Below are positions 46,401 to 59,100 of a DNA stretch of 64,000 nt, one piece after another; position 1 is the first letter of the stretch, and each line of letters begins with the position of its first letter. Source of the DNA: Camelus ferus. Taxonomy: Eukaryota. The stretch spans positions 119,724,001 through 119,788,000 of the forward strand of contig NC_045697.1 of the NCBI RefSeq assembly GCF_009834535.1. The letters run 5' to 3'. A program made the position numbers and the translations under genes. The notes under the pieces are model-generated. The model was not told where the DNA came from. It was given only the letters and a program-made list of their open reading frames with translations, and searched no databases.

Positions 46401-49400
46401 TGGGAGATGTTGTCTAATTACCTCCATGCCCATGGGGAAGCACTCCCTTCACTTCGATTTCCAGCCCTAATCTTAGCATTCCCTTGCAGCCCGACCGTGG
46501 AAAACACGCAGGGATTACAAATCTAAGACATTCTATCAGAACCAGGGCGCTGCTGTCTGTTGGAGTAACTTCCAAACATTTACGATTCCAGAACACGGCT
46601 TTGTTGGGGGGATTGTTGAAGCCCCACTGCACACACACTGTTGGGGGCACATGATACTCCCTGTTAGGGAGAAGTCTGCTAATTACATCCATAGTCCATC
46701 TAGGGGCACTCGCTGCTACTTGGCTTTCCATACAAACCCCCAGCTTTCCCTCACAGCCCGGCCTGGGTAAACACTCAGGGATAATATGCTATTGGGTTTA
46801 TAGGAACTCAGTAGTTACCTAACTTTGTAGGAAACATCCCACACCTAGGAAAACAGAAAAAATTTTTGTGGGTCTGATGGAGATGGGTAAACAAACTCCA
46901 CGCATGTTTTGGGGGGCACAGGTTTTCCAAGGCTGTGGGACGTCGGAAAAATACCTCAAATTTTCATGGGGAGTAACTTGCTGCTTCTACGAATTTCAGC
47001 CCAACCCACAGCTTTACCTCGCAGCCAGGCCTGTGAAAACAATCACGGAAAAGAAAATACTGGTGCTTTTATATCCCAGTCGCTGTTCACAGTTGTAGAA
47101 ACCTCCACACACTCAGGAGAGCGGAACATATCTTTTTATGTAGGATTGTTTAGGAAAATACACTTCAGGCATGTTTCTGGGGGTACAGCTGTTCCCAGGT
47201 TTGGAGATGTCGCCTAATTACCTCCACTGCCATTGGGGAGGCACTCTCTACTTCTTCACTTTCCAGACCAACTCCCAAATATCCCTTGCAGCCCGGCCTA
47301 AGTATTAACCTAGATATGACATAATTAGTGATTCTATTCAGAACCTCGTCGCTGCTGTCGGTTGGAGGTACCCAACACACTCAAAATTTCGGAACACCGC
47401 TTTGCTTGTGGGAGGTTTGGAGCCCCACACCACACAGATGTCTGTGGGCACAGGAATTCCCTGTTTATGACAAGTCCGCTAATTACCTCTACAGTCAATC
47501 TCTAGGCACTTGTTGATACTTGGCTTTCCAGCCGAACCCCCATCTTTCCCCCGTAGCCGGCCCTGGAAGACACTCAGAGGAAATAAGCTAGTTATTCTAA
47601 TGGAACGCAGGCACTGCAGACCGTTGTAGAAACCACCGCACACGAAGGATAACAGAACATATTTTTGTGTCTGACTGAGATGGTAAAACCTCCACGCATG
47701 TTTCAGGGGGTACAGGTGTTCCTAATATGTGGGAGGTCAGATACTTCCCACTACTGTCCATGGGGAGGAAATCGCTAATGCTTGGCTTTCCAGCCCATCC
47801 CCAAATTCCCTTGCAACCCAGCTTGAGAGAACACTCAGAAAATGTAGCTTAAATTTTAATTAGAACCCAGGCGCTGCTGACAGTTTTAGAAACGTCCCAA
47901 TACACAGGGTAACAGAACACTTCTTTGTGTGTGTTATGTAGTAGGAAAACACACTCCATGCATGTTTCTGGGGTGCAGGTTTAACCAGGTTGTGATACGT
48001 TGGCTAATTATCTCCAGAGACCATGGGGAGGCACTCTGTTTTTATTGGTTTTCCATCCCTACTCCCAGGTTTCCCTTGCAGCCCGAGTTAGGAAAAGACC
48101 CAGGGATGACAGACTAAGTGATTGTATAAGAACCCTGGCGCTGCTGTCTGTTGGAGGGACCTCCAAACACACAGGATTCCCAAAGAAGTCTTTGCTTGTG
48201 TGAGTTGTGAAGCCCCACACCACACACATGGCTGTGGGCACAAGTTTTTACCTGTTAGGGAGAATTCCGCTAATTACCTCTAAAGTCCATCTCGTGGCAC
48301 TCTCTGCTACTTGGACTTCCAGCCCAACCCCCAGGATTTCCCTTGCAGCCCAGCCTGGGGTAACACACAGTGAAATGAAGCTACTGGTGCGATTAGAACC
48401 CATGCGCTGAGGACAATTGTGGAAACCTTCGAACACTCAGGATAACAGAACACAACTTTCTGTGTGTGATGGAGTAGGAAAACACACTCCAGGCATTTTT
48501 TTGGGGGATCCAGGTTTTCCCAGGTTGGGAGATGTCGGCTAGTTTCCTTCGATGCTCATGGGGAGTCACTGTCTTCTTCTTCGTTTTCAAGCCCAACTCC
48601 CAGCTTTCCCTTGTAGCCCGGACTAGTGAAACACTCAGGGATGAAAAATAAATGATTCTATCAGTACCCCGGCGTTGCTGTCTGTTGGAGGATCCTCCAA
48701 ATCCTCAGGATTCTGGAACATGTCTTTGCATGTTGGGAGTTGTGGAGCCCCAATCCACGCAGAAGGATGGGGTCACAGATTTGTCCCTCTTAGGGAGAAG
48801 TCCGCTAATTACATCCACAGTGCGTCTTGGGGCACTCGCTGCTTCTTGGCTTTTCAGCCAATCCCCCAGAATTCACTCGCAGCCCGGCCTTTGAAAACAC
48901 TCAGGGCAAGTAAGCTAGGGTTCTATAGGAACCCAGGTGCTGCAGACAGTTGTAGGAACTTCCCCACACTCAGGGTAACAGAACAATTCTTCGAGTGTCT
49001 GATAGAGATGGGTAAACTAACTCCACGCATGTTTCAGGTGGTAAAGGCGTTCTTAGGTTGTGGAAGTTCTTATAATTAACTCCAATGTCCATGGGGAGGC
49101 CCTTGCAGTTGCTTGCATTTCCAGCCCTACCCCCAGCGTTTCCTCGCAGCCCGGCCTGGGAAAAACTCAGGGAATAAAAGCTACAGTTTCTGTTAGAACA
49201 AAGTTGCTCCTGAAAGTTGTAGAAACCTCCCCACACTAAGGAAAATAGAACACTCCTTTGTGTGTGTGATGGAGTAGGAAAACACATTAAGGCATGTTTA
49301 TGGGGTGCAGGTGTTCCCAGGATATGAGATGTTGGCTAATTACCTCCACTGCCCATGGGTATGCAGTCTGATTTTCTTCGTTTTCCAGCCATTTTCCCAG

Positions 49401-52400
49401 CTTTCCCTTGCTGCACCGGTTATGAAAACACCCAGGGATGACAAACTAAGTACTTCTATGAGAAACCCGGCGCTGCTGTCTGTTGCAGGAACCTCCACAA
49501 ACACAGGATTCCCAAACACGGCTTTGATTGGTGAGTTGTGAAGCCCCACTCCACACACATGGCTGGGGGCACAAGTATTTCCCTGTTATTGAGAAGTCAG
49601 TTAATTTCCTCCACCGTGCATCTTGGGGCACTCACTGCTTCTTGGATTTTCAGCCAATTCCCCAGATTTCACTCTCAGCCCTGTCTCGGAAAACACTCAG
49701 GGAAGGAAAGCTACAAGTTCTATTAGAACCCAGACGATCCTGACAGTTGTAGAAACCTCAACATACTAAGTAAAACAGAATACTCTTTTGTGTGTGTGAT
49801 GGAGTAGGAAAACACACTAAAGGCATGTTTCTGGGGTGCAGGTGTTCCCAGGATGGGAGATGTTGGCTAATTACCTCCACTGCCAATGTGGAGACACTCA
49901 CTTCACTTCGATTTCCAGCCCTAATCCTAGCATTCCCTTGCAGCCCGACCTTGGAAAACACCCAGGGATTAAAAATGTAAGACATTCTGTCAGAACCAGG
50001 GCGCTGCTTTCTGTTGGAGGAACCTCCAAACACTCACGATTCGGGAACACGGCTTTTTTGGGGGGAGTGCTGATGCCCCACTGCACACTCACTGCTGGGG
50101 GCACATGATTTTCCCTGTTAGGGAGACGTCTGCTAATTACATCCATAGTCCATCTAGGGTCACTCGCTGCTACTTGGATTTCCATACCATCCCTAGCTTT
50201 CCTTCAGAGCCCGGCCTGGGTAAACACTCAGGGATAATATGTTATTGGTTGTATTGGAACCCAGTCGCTACCTACCGTTGTAGGAAACATCCCACACCTA
50301 GGATAACAGAAGAAAACTTTGTGGGTCTGATGGAAATGGGTAAACAATCTCCACGCATGTTTCGGGGGGCACAGGTGTTCCAAGGCTGTGGGACGTCGGA
50401 AAAATACCTCAAAATTTCATGGGGAGTAACTTGTTGCTTCTACGAATTTCAGCCGATCCCACAGTTTACCTCGCAGCCAGGCCTGTGAAAATAATCACGG
50501 AAAAGAAAATACTGGTGCTATTATATCCCAGGCGCTGTTCACAGGTGTAGAAACCTCCCCACACTCAGGATAGCGGAACACATCTTTGTGTGTATGACGG
50601 TTAAGGAAAATACACTCCAGGCATTTTTCTGTCTGTACAGCTGTTCTCAGGTTTGGAGATGTCGCCTAATTACCTCCACTGCCATTGGGGAGGCACTTTC
50701 TACTTCTCCGCTTTCCAGACTATCTCCCAAATTTCCCTTGCAGCCCGGCCTAAGAAAACACCAAAATATGACAATATTAGTGATTCTATTCAGAACCCCG
50801 TCACTGCTGTCGGTTGGAGGTACCCAACACACTCAAAATTCCGGAACACGTCTTTGCTTGGGGAGGTGTAGAACCCAACACCACACAGATGCCTGGGGGC
50901 ACAGGAATTCCCTGTTTATGAGAAGTCCGCTCATTACCTCTACAGTCAATCTCTAGGCACTTGTTGCTACTTGATTTCCAGCCGAACCCCAAGCTTTCCC
51001 TCACAGCCCGCCCTGGAAAACACTCAGAAGATATAAGCTAGTGGTTCTAATGGAACACAGGCACTGCAGACCCTTGTAGGAACCACCGCACACGCAGGAT
51101 AACAGAACATATTTTTGTGTCTCATTGAGATGGTAAAACCTCCACGCATGTTTCAGGGGGTACAGGTGGTCCTAAGTTGTGGGAGGTCAGATACTTCCCA
51201 CTACTGCCCATGGGGGGAAATAGCTCCTGCTTGGCTTTCCAGCACATCTCCAGGTTCCCTTGCAACCCAGCCTGAGAGAACACTCAGAAAATATAGCTTA
51301 ATTTTTAATTACAACCCAGGCGCTGCTGACAGTTGTAGAAACCTCCCAATACACAGAGTAACAGAACACGTCTTTGTGTGTGTTATGTAGTAGGAAAACA
51401 GACTCCATGCATGTTTCTGGGGTGCAGGTTTAACCAGGTTGGGAGACGTTGGCTAATTAACTCCAAAATCCATGGGGAGGCACTCTGTTTTTCATCGTTC
51501 CCAGACCTACTCCTAGCTTTCCCTTGCAGCACGGGTTTGGAAAACACCCAGGGATGACAGACTAAGTGATTCTATCAGAACCCTGGGGCTGCTCTCTGTT
51601 GGAGGCACTTCCAAACACACAGGATTCCCAAAAATGGCTTTGCTTGGGTGAGTTGTGAAGCCCCACACCAAACACATGGCTGGGGGCACAAGTTTTTCCC
51701 TGTTAGGGAGAAGTTCGCTAATTCCCTCTACATTCAATCTCGGGGCACTCCCTGCTACATGGATTTCCAGCCCAACCCCCAGGTTTCCCTTGCAACACGG
51801 CCTGGTGTAACACAGAGAGAAAAGAAGCTACAAGTCCTATTAGTACCCATGCGATGCTGAAAATTGTGAAAACCTTCGAACACTCAGTATAACAGAACAC
51901 ATCTTTCTGTGTGTGATGGAGTAGGAAAACACATGCCAGGCATTTTTCTGGGGATCCAGGTTTTCCCAGGTTGGGAGATATCGGCTAGTTTCCTTCACTG
52001 CTCATGGGGAGTCACTGTCTTCTTCTTCGTTTTCAAGCCCAAATCCAAGCTTTCCCTTGTAGCCCGGACTAGTGAAACACCCAGGGATGAAAAATAAATG
52101 ATTCTATCAGTTCCCCGGCGTTGCTTTCTGTTGGAGGATCCTCCAAACCCCCAGGATTCTGGAACAAGTCTTTGCATGTTTGGAGTTGTGGAGCCCCAAT
52201 CCACGCAGAAGGATGGGGTCACAGACTTGTCCCTATTAGGGAGAAGTCCGCTACTTAACTCCACAGTGCGTCTTGGGGCACTCTTTGCTTCTTGGATTTT
52301 CAGGCAATCCCCCAGAATTCACACGCAGCCTGTCCTTTGAAAACACTCAGGGAAAGTAAGCTAGAGCTCTATAGGAACCCAGGTGCTGCAGACAGTTTTA

Positions 52401-55400
52401 GGAAACTCCCCACACTCAGGATAACAGAACAATTCGTCGAGTGTCTGATAGAGATGGGTAAACTAACTCCACGCATGTTTCAGGTGGTAAAGGCGTTCTT
52501 AGGTTGTGGAAGTTCATATAATTACCTCCATTGTCCATGGGGAGGCCCTTGCTGATGCTTGGAATTCCAGCCCTACCCCCAGCGTTTCCTCGCAGCCCTG
52601 CCTGGGAAAAACTCAGGGAATAAAAGCTACAGGTTCTGTTAGAACAAAGTTGCTCCTGAAAGTTGTAGAAACCTTCCCACACTAAGGAAAATAGAACACT
52701 TCTTTGTGTGTGTGATGGAGTAGGAAAACACACTAAAGGCATGTTTCTGGGGTGCAGGTGTTCCCAGGATGGGAGATTTTGTCTAATTACCTCCACTGCC
52801 CATGGGGAGGCACTCTGGTTTTCTTCGTTTTCCAGCCCTACTCCCAGCTTTCCCTTGCTGCACGGGTTAGGAAAACACCCAGGGAAGACAAACTAAACAA
52901 TTCTATCAGAACCCCGGCGCTGCTGTCAGTTGCAGGAACCTCCACACACACAGGATTCCCAAACACGGCTTTGATTGGGGAGTTGTGAAGCCCCACTCCA
53001 CACACATGGCTGGGGGCCCAAGTATTTCCCTGTTATTGAGAAGTCAGTTAATTTCCTCCACAGTGCATCTTGGGGCACTCACTGCTTCTTGGATTTTCAG
53101 CCAATTCCCCAGATTTCACTCTCAGCCCGGTCTCGGAAAACACTCAGGGAAGGAAAGCTACAAGTTCTATTAGAACCCAGGCGATCCTGACATTTGTAGA
53201 AACCTCAACACTCTAAGGAAAACAGGATAATCCTTTGTGTGTGTGATGGAGTAGGAAAATACACTAAATCATATATCTGGGGTGCAGGTGTTCCCAGGAT
53301 GGGAGATGTTGTCTAATTACCTCCATTGCCCATGGGGAAGCACTCCCTTCACTTCGATTTCCAGCCCTAATCTTAGCATTCCCTTGCAGCCCGACCGTGG
53401 AAAACACGCAGGGATTACAAATCTAAGACATTCTATCAGAACCAGGGCGCTGCTGTCTGTTGGAGTAACTTCCAAACATTTACGATTCCAGAACACGGCT
53501 TTGTTGGGGGGATTGTTGAAGCCCCACTGCACACACACTGTTGGGGGCACATGATACTCCCTGTTAGGGAGAAGTCTGCTAATTACATCCATAGTCCATC
53601 TAGGGGCACTCACTGCTACTTGGCTTTCCATACAAACCCCCAGCTTTCCCTCACAGCCCGGCCTGGGTAAACACTCAGTGATAATATGCTATTGGGTTTA
53701 TAGGAACTCAGTAGTTACCTAACTTTGTAGGAAACATCCCACACCTAGGAAAACAGAAAAAATTTTTGTGGGTCTGATGGAGATGGGTAAACAAACTCCA
53801 CGCATGTTTTGGGGGGCACAGGTTTTCCAAGGCTGTGGGACGTCGGAAAAATACCTCAAATTTTCATGGGGAGTAACTTGCTGCTTCTACGAATTTCAGC
53901 CCAACCCACAGCTTTACCTCGCAGCCAGGCCTGTGAAATCAATCACGGAAAAGAAAATACTGGTGCTTTTATATCCCAGTCGCTGTTCACAGTTGTAGAA
54001 ACCTCCACACACTCAGGAGAGCGGAACATATCTTTTTATGTAGGATTGTTTAGGAAAATACACTTCAGGCATGTTTCTGGGGGTACAGCTGTTCCCAGGT
54101 TTGGAGATGTCGCCTAATTACCTCCACTGCCATTGGGGAGGCACTCTCTACTTCTTCACTTTCCAGACCAACTCCCAAATATCCCTTGCAGCCCGGCCTA
54201 AGTATTAACCTAGATATGACATAATTAGTGATTCTATTCAGAACCTCGTCGCTGCTGTCGGTTGGAGGTACCCAACACACTCAAAATTTCGGAACACCGC
54301 TTTGCTTGTGGGAGGTTTGGAGCCCCACACCACACAGATGTCTGTGGGCACAGGAATTCCCTGTTTATGACAAGTCCGCTAATTACCTCTACAGTCAATC
54401 TCTAGGCACTTGTTGATACTTGGCTTTCCAGCCGAACCCCCATCTTTCCCCCGTAGCCGGCCCTGGAAGACACTCAGAGGAAATAAGCTAGTTATTCTAA
54501 TGGAACGCAGGCACTGCAGACCGTTGTAGAAACCACCGCACACGAAGGATAACAGAACATATTTTGTGTCTGACTGAGATGGTAAAACCTCCACGCATGT
54601 TTCAGGGGGTACAGGTGTTCCTAATATGTGGGAGGTCAGATACTTCCCACTACTGTCCATGGGGAGGAAATCGCTAATGCTTGGCTTTCCAGCCCATCCC
54701 CAAATTCCCTTGCAACCCAGCTTGAGAGAACACTCAGAAAATGTAGCTTAAATTTTAATTAGAACCCAGGCGCTGCTGACAGTTTTAGAAACGTCCCAAT
54801 ACACAGGGTAACAGAACACTTCTTTGTGTGTGTTATGTAGTAGGAAAACACACTCCATGCATGTTTCTGGGGTGCAGGTTTAACCAGGTTGTGATACGTT
54901 GGCTAATTATCTCCAGAGACCATGGGGAGGCACTCTGTTTTTATTGGTTTTCCATCCCTACTCCCAGGTTTCCCTTGCAGCCCGAGTTAGGAAAAGACCC
55001 AGGGATGACAGACTAAGTGATTGTATAAGAACCCTGGTGCTGCTGTCTGTTGGAGGGACCTCCAAACACACAGGATTCCCAAATAAGGCTTTGCTTGTGT
55101 GAGTTGTGAAGCCCCACACCACACACATGGCTGTGGGCACAAGTTTTTACCTGTTAGGGAGAATTCCGCTAATTACCTCTAAAGTCCATCTCGTGGCACT
55201 CTCTGCTACTTGGACTTCCAGCCCAACCCCCAGGATTCCCTTGCAGCCCAGCCTGGGGTAACACAGAGTGAAATGAAGCTACTGGTGCGATTAGAACCCA
55301 TGCGCTGAGGACAATTGTGGAAACCTTCGAACACTCAGGATAACAGAACACAACTTTCTGTGTGTGATGGAGTAGGAAAACACACTCCAGGCATTTTTTT

Positions 55401-56140
55401 GGGGGATCCAGGTTTTCCCAGGTTGGGAGATGTCGGCTAGTTTCCTTCGATGCTCATGGGGAGTCACTGTCTTCTTCTTCGTTTTCAAGCCCAACTCCCA
55501 GCTTTCCCTTGTAGCCCGGACTAGTGAAACACTCAGGGATGAAAAATAAATGATTTTTATCAGTACCCCGGCGTTGCTGTCTGTTGGTGGATCCTCCAAA
55601 ACCTCAGGATTCTGGAACATGTCTTTGCATGTTGGGAGTTGTGGAGCCCCAATCCACGCAGAAGGATGGGGTCACAGATTTGTCCCTCTTAGGGAGAAGT
55701 CCGCTAATTACATCCACAGTGCGTCTTGGGGCACTCGCTGCTTCTTGGCTTTTCAGCCAATCCCCCAGAATTCACTCGCAGCCCGGCCTTTGAAAACACT
55801 CAGGGCAAGTAAGCTAGGGTTCTATAGGAACCCAGGTGCTGCAGACAGTTGTAGGAACTTCCCCACACTCAGGGTAACAGAACAATTCTTCGAGTGTCTG
55901 ATAGAGATGGGTAAACTAACTCCACGCATGTTTCAGGTGGTAAAGGCGTTCTTAGGTTGTGGAAGTTCTTATAATTAACTCCAATGTCCATGGGGAGGCC
56001 CTTGCAGTTGCTTGCATTTCCAGCCCTACCCCCAGCGTTTCCTCGCAGCCCGGCCTGGGAAAAACTCAGGGAATAAAAGCTACAGTTTCTGTTAGAACAA
56101 AGTTGCTCCTGAAAGTTGTAGAAACCTCCCCACACTAAGG
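40450..56140. repeat. Highly homogeneous 26-mer super-HOR (~6,897 bp) built from two alternating 13-mer variants, X and Y
   Basis: X starts at 43422 and 50318 (offset 6,896); Y starts at 46865 and 53765 (offset 6,900). Identical translations occur at 42895/49792, 45853/52752, 47328/54228 and 41032/47929/54828, while neighbouring 13-mers differ at many diagnostic sites. Confidence 0.93.
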
Positions 56141-59100
56141 AAAGTGAACACTTCTTTGTGTGTGTGATGGAGTAGGAAAACACACTAAAGGCATGTTTCT
56201 GGGGTGCAGGTGTTCCCAGGATGGGAGATGTTGGCTAATTACCTCCACTGCCAATGGGGAGGCACTCACTTCACTTCGATTTCCAGCCCTAATCCTAGTA
56301 TTCCCTTGCAGCCCGACCTTTGAAAACACCCAGGGATTAAAAATCTAAGACATTCTGTCAGAACCAGGGCGCTGCTGTCTGTTGGAGGAACATCCAAACA
56401 CTCACGATTCGGGAACACGGCTTTGTTGGGGGGAGTGCTGAAGCCGAACTGCACACTCACTGCTGGGGGCACATGATTTTCCCTGTTAGGGAGACGTCTG
56501 CTAATTACATCCATAGTCCATCTAGGGGCACTCGCTGCTACTTGGATTTCCATAACATCCCTAGATTTCCTTCATAGCCCGGCCTGGGTAAACACTCAGG
56601 GATAATATGCTATTGGTTGTTTTGGAACCCAGTCGCTACCTACCTTTGTAGGAAACATCCCACACCTAGGATAACAGAAGAAATCTTTGTGGGTCTGATG
56701 GAGATGGGTAAACAAACTGCACGCATGTTTCGGGGGGCACAGGTGTTCCAAGGCTGTGGGACGTCCGAAAAATACCTCAAATTTTCATGGGGAGTAACTT
56801 GCTGCTTCTACTAATTTCAGCCCAACCCACAGCTTTCCCACGCAGCCCGCCCTGGAAAGCACTCAGAAGAAATAAGCTAGTGGTTCTAAATGAACACAGG
56901 CACTGCAGACTGTTGTAGAAACCACCGCACACGCAGGATAACAGAACATATTTTTGTGTCTGATTGAGATGGTAATACCTCCACGCATGTTTCAGGGGGT
57001 ACAGGAGTTCCTAATATGTGGGAGGTCAGATACTTCCCACTACTGCCCATGGGGAGGAAATTGCTCCTGCTTGGCTTTCCAGCCCATCCCCAGTTTCCCT
57101 TGAAACCCAGCCTGAGAGAACACTCAGAAAATGTAGCTTAATTTTTAATTAGAACCCAGGCGCTGCTGAGAGTTGTAGAAACCTCCCAATACACAGGGTA
57201 ACAGAACACTTCTTTGTGTGTGTTATGTAGTAGGAAAATACACTCCATGCATGTTTCTGGGGTGCAGGTTTAACCAGGTTGGGAGACGTTGGCTAATTAT
57301 CTCCAGAGTCCATGGGGAGGCACTCTGTTTTTCTTCGTTTTCCAGCCATACTCCCAGCTTTCCCTAGCAGCCCGGGTTAGTAAAACACCCAGGGATGACA
57401 GACTAAGTGATTCTATCAGAACCATGGCGCTGCTGTTCGTTGGAGGGACCTCCAAACACACAGGATTCCCAAACACGTCTTTGCTTGTGTGGATTGTGAA
57501 TCCCCACACCACACACATGACTGGGGGAACAAGTTTTTCCCTGTTAGGGAGAAGTCCGCTAATTCCCTATACATTCCATCTCGGGGCACTACCTGCTACT
57601 TGGATTTCCAGCCCAACCCCCATGTTTCCCTTGCAGCCCGGCCTGGGTTAACACAGAGTGAAAAGAAGTTACTGATGCTATTAGAACACTTGCGCTGCTG
57701 ACAAATGTGGAAAACTTCGAACACTCAGGATAACAGAACACATCTTTCTGTGTGTGATGGAGTAGGAAAACACACGCCAGGCATTTTTCTGGGGATCCAG
57801 TTTTTCCCAGGTTGGGAGATGTCGGCTAGTTTCCTTCACTGCCCATGGGGGTGCATTAAATTCTTCTTCGTTTTCAAGCCCAAGTCCCAGCTTTCCATTG
57901 TATCCTGGACTAGTGAAATACCCAGGGATGTAAAATAAATGATTCTATCAGAACCCTGTCATTGCTGTCTGTTGGAGGATCCTCCAAACCCTCAGGAATC
58001 TGGAACAAGTCTTTGCATGTTGGGAGTTGTGTAGCCCCAATCCACTCAGAATGATGGGGTCACAGAATTGTCGCTCTTAGGGAGAAGTCCGCTAATTACC
58101 TCCACAGTGCGCTTGGGGCACTCACTGCTTCTTATCTTTTCAGCCAATCCCCCAGAATTCACACGCAGCCCGGCATTTTAAATCACTCAGGGAAAGTAAG
58201 CTAGAGTTCTATTGGAACCCAGGAACTGCAGACAGTTGTAGGAACATCCGCACACTCAGGGTAACCGAACAATTCGTTGAGTGTCTGATAGAGATGACTA
58301 AACTTACTACACGCATGTTTCAGGTGGTACAGGCGTTCTTTGGTTGTGGAAGTTCGTATAATTATCTCCACTGTCCATGGGGAGGCCCTTGCATTTGCAA
58401 GGATTTCCAGCCCTACCCCCAGCGTTTCCTCGCAGCCCGGCCTGGGAAAAACTCAGGGAATAAAAGCTACAGGTTCTGTTAGAACAAAGTTGCTCCTGAA
58501 AGTTGTAGAAACCTCCCCACACTAAGGAAAAGAGAACACTTCTTTGTGTGTGTGATGGAGTAGGAAAACAAATTCAAGGCATGTTTCTGGGGTACAGGTG
58601 TTCCCAGGATGGGGGATTTTGGCTAATTACCTCCACTGCCCATGGGGAGGCACTCTGATTTTCTTCGTTTTCCAGCCCTACTCCCAGATTTCACTTGCTG
58701 CACGGGTTAGTAAAACACCCAGGGATGACAAACTAAGTAATTTTATCGGAACACCGGCGCTGCTGTCTGGTGCAGGAACCTCCACCCACACATGATTCCC
58801 AAACACGGCTTTGATTGGGGAGTTGTGAAGCCCCACTCCACACACATGGCAGGGGGCACAAGTATTTCCCTGTTATTGAGAAGTCAGTTAATTACCTCCA
58901 CAGTGCATCTTGGGGCACTCGCTGCTTCTTGGATTTTCAGCCAATTCCCCAGATTTCACTCTCAGCCCGGTCTCAGAAAACACTCAGGGATGGAAAGCAA
59001 CAAGTTCTATTAGAACCCAGGCGATCCTGACAGTTGTAGAAACCTCAACATACTAAGGAAAACAGAATATTCCTTTGTGTGCGTGATGGAGTAGGAAAAC

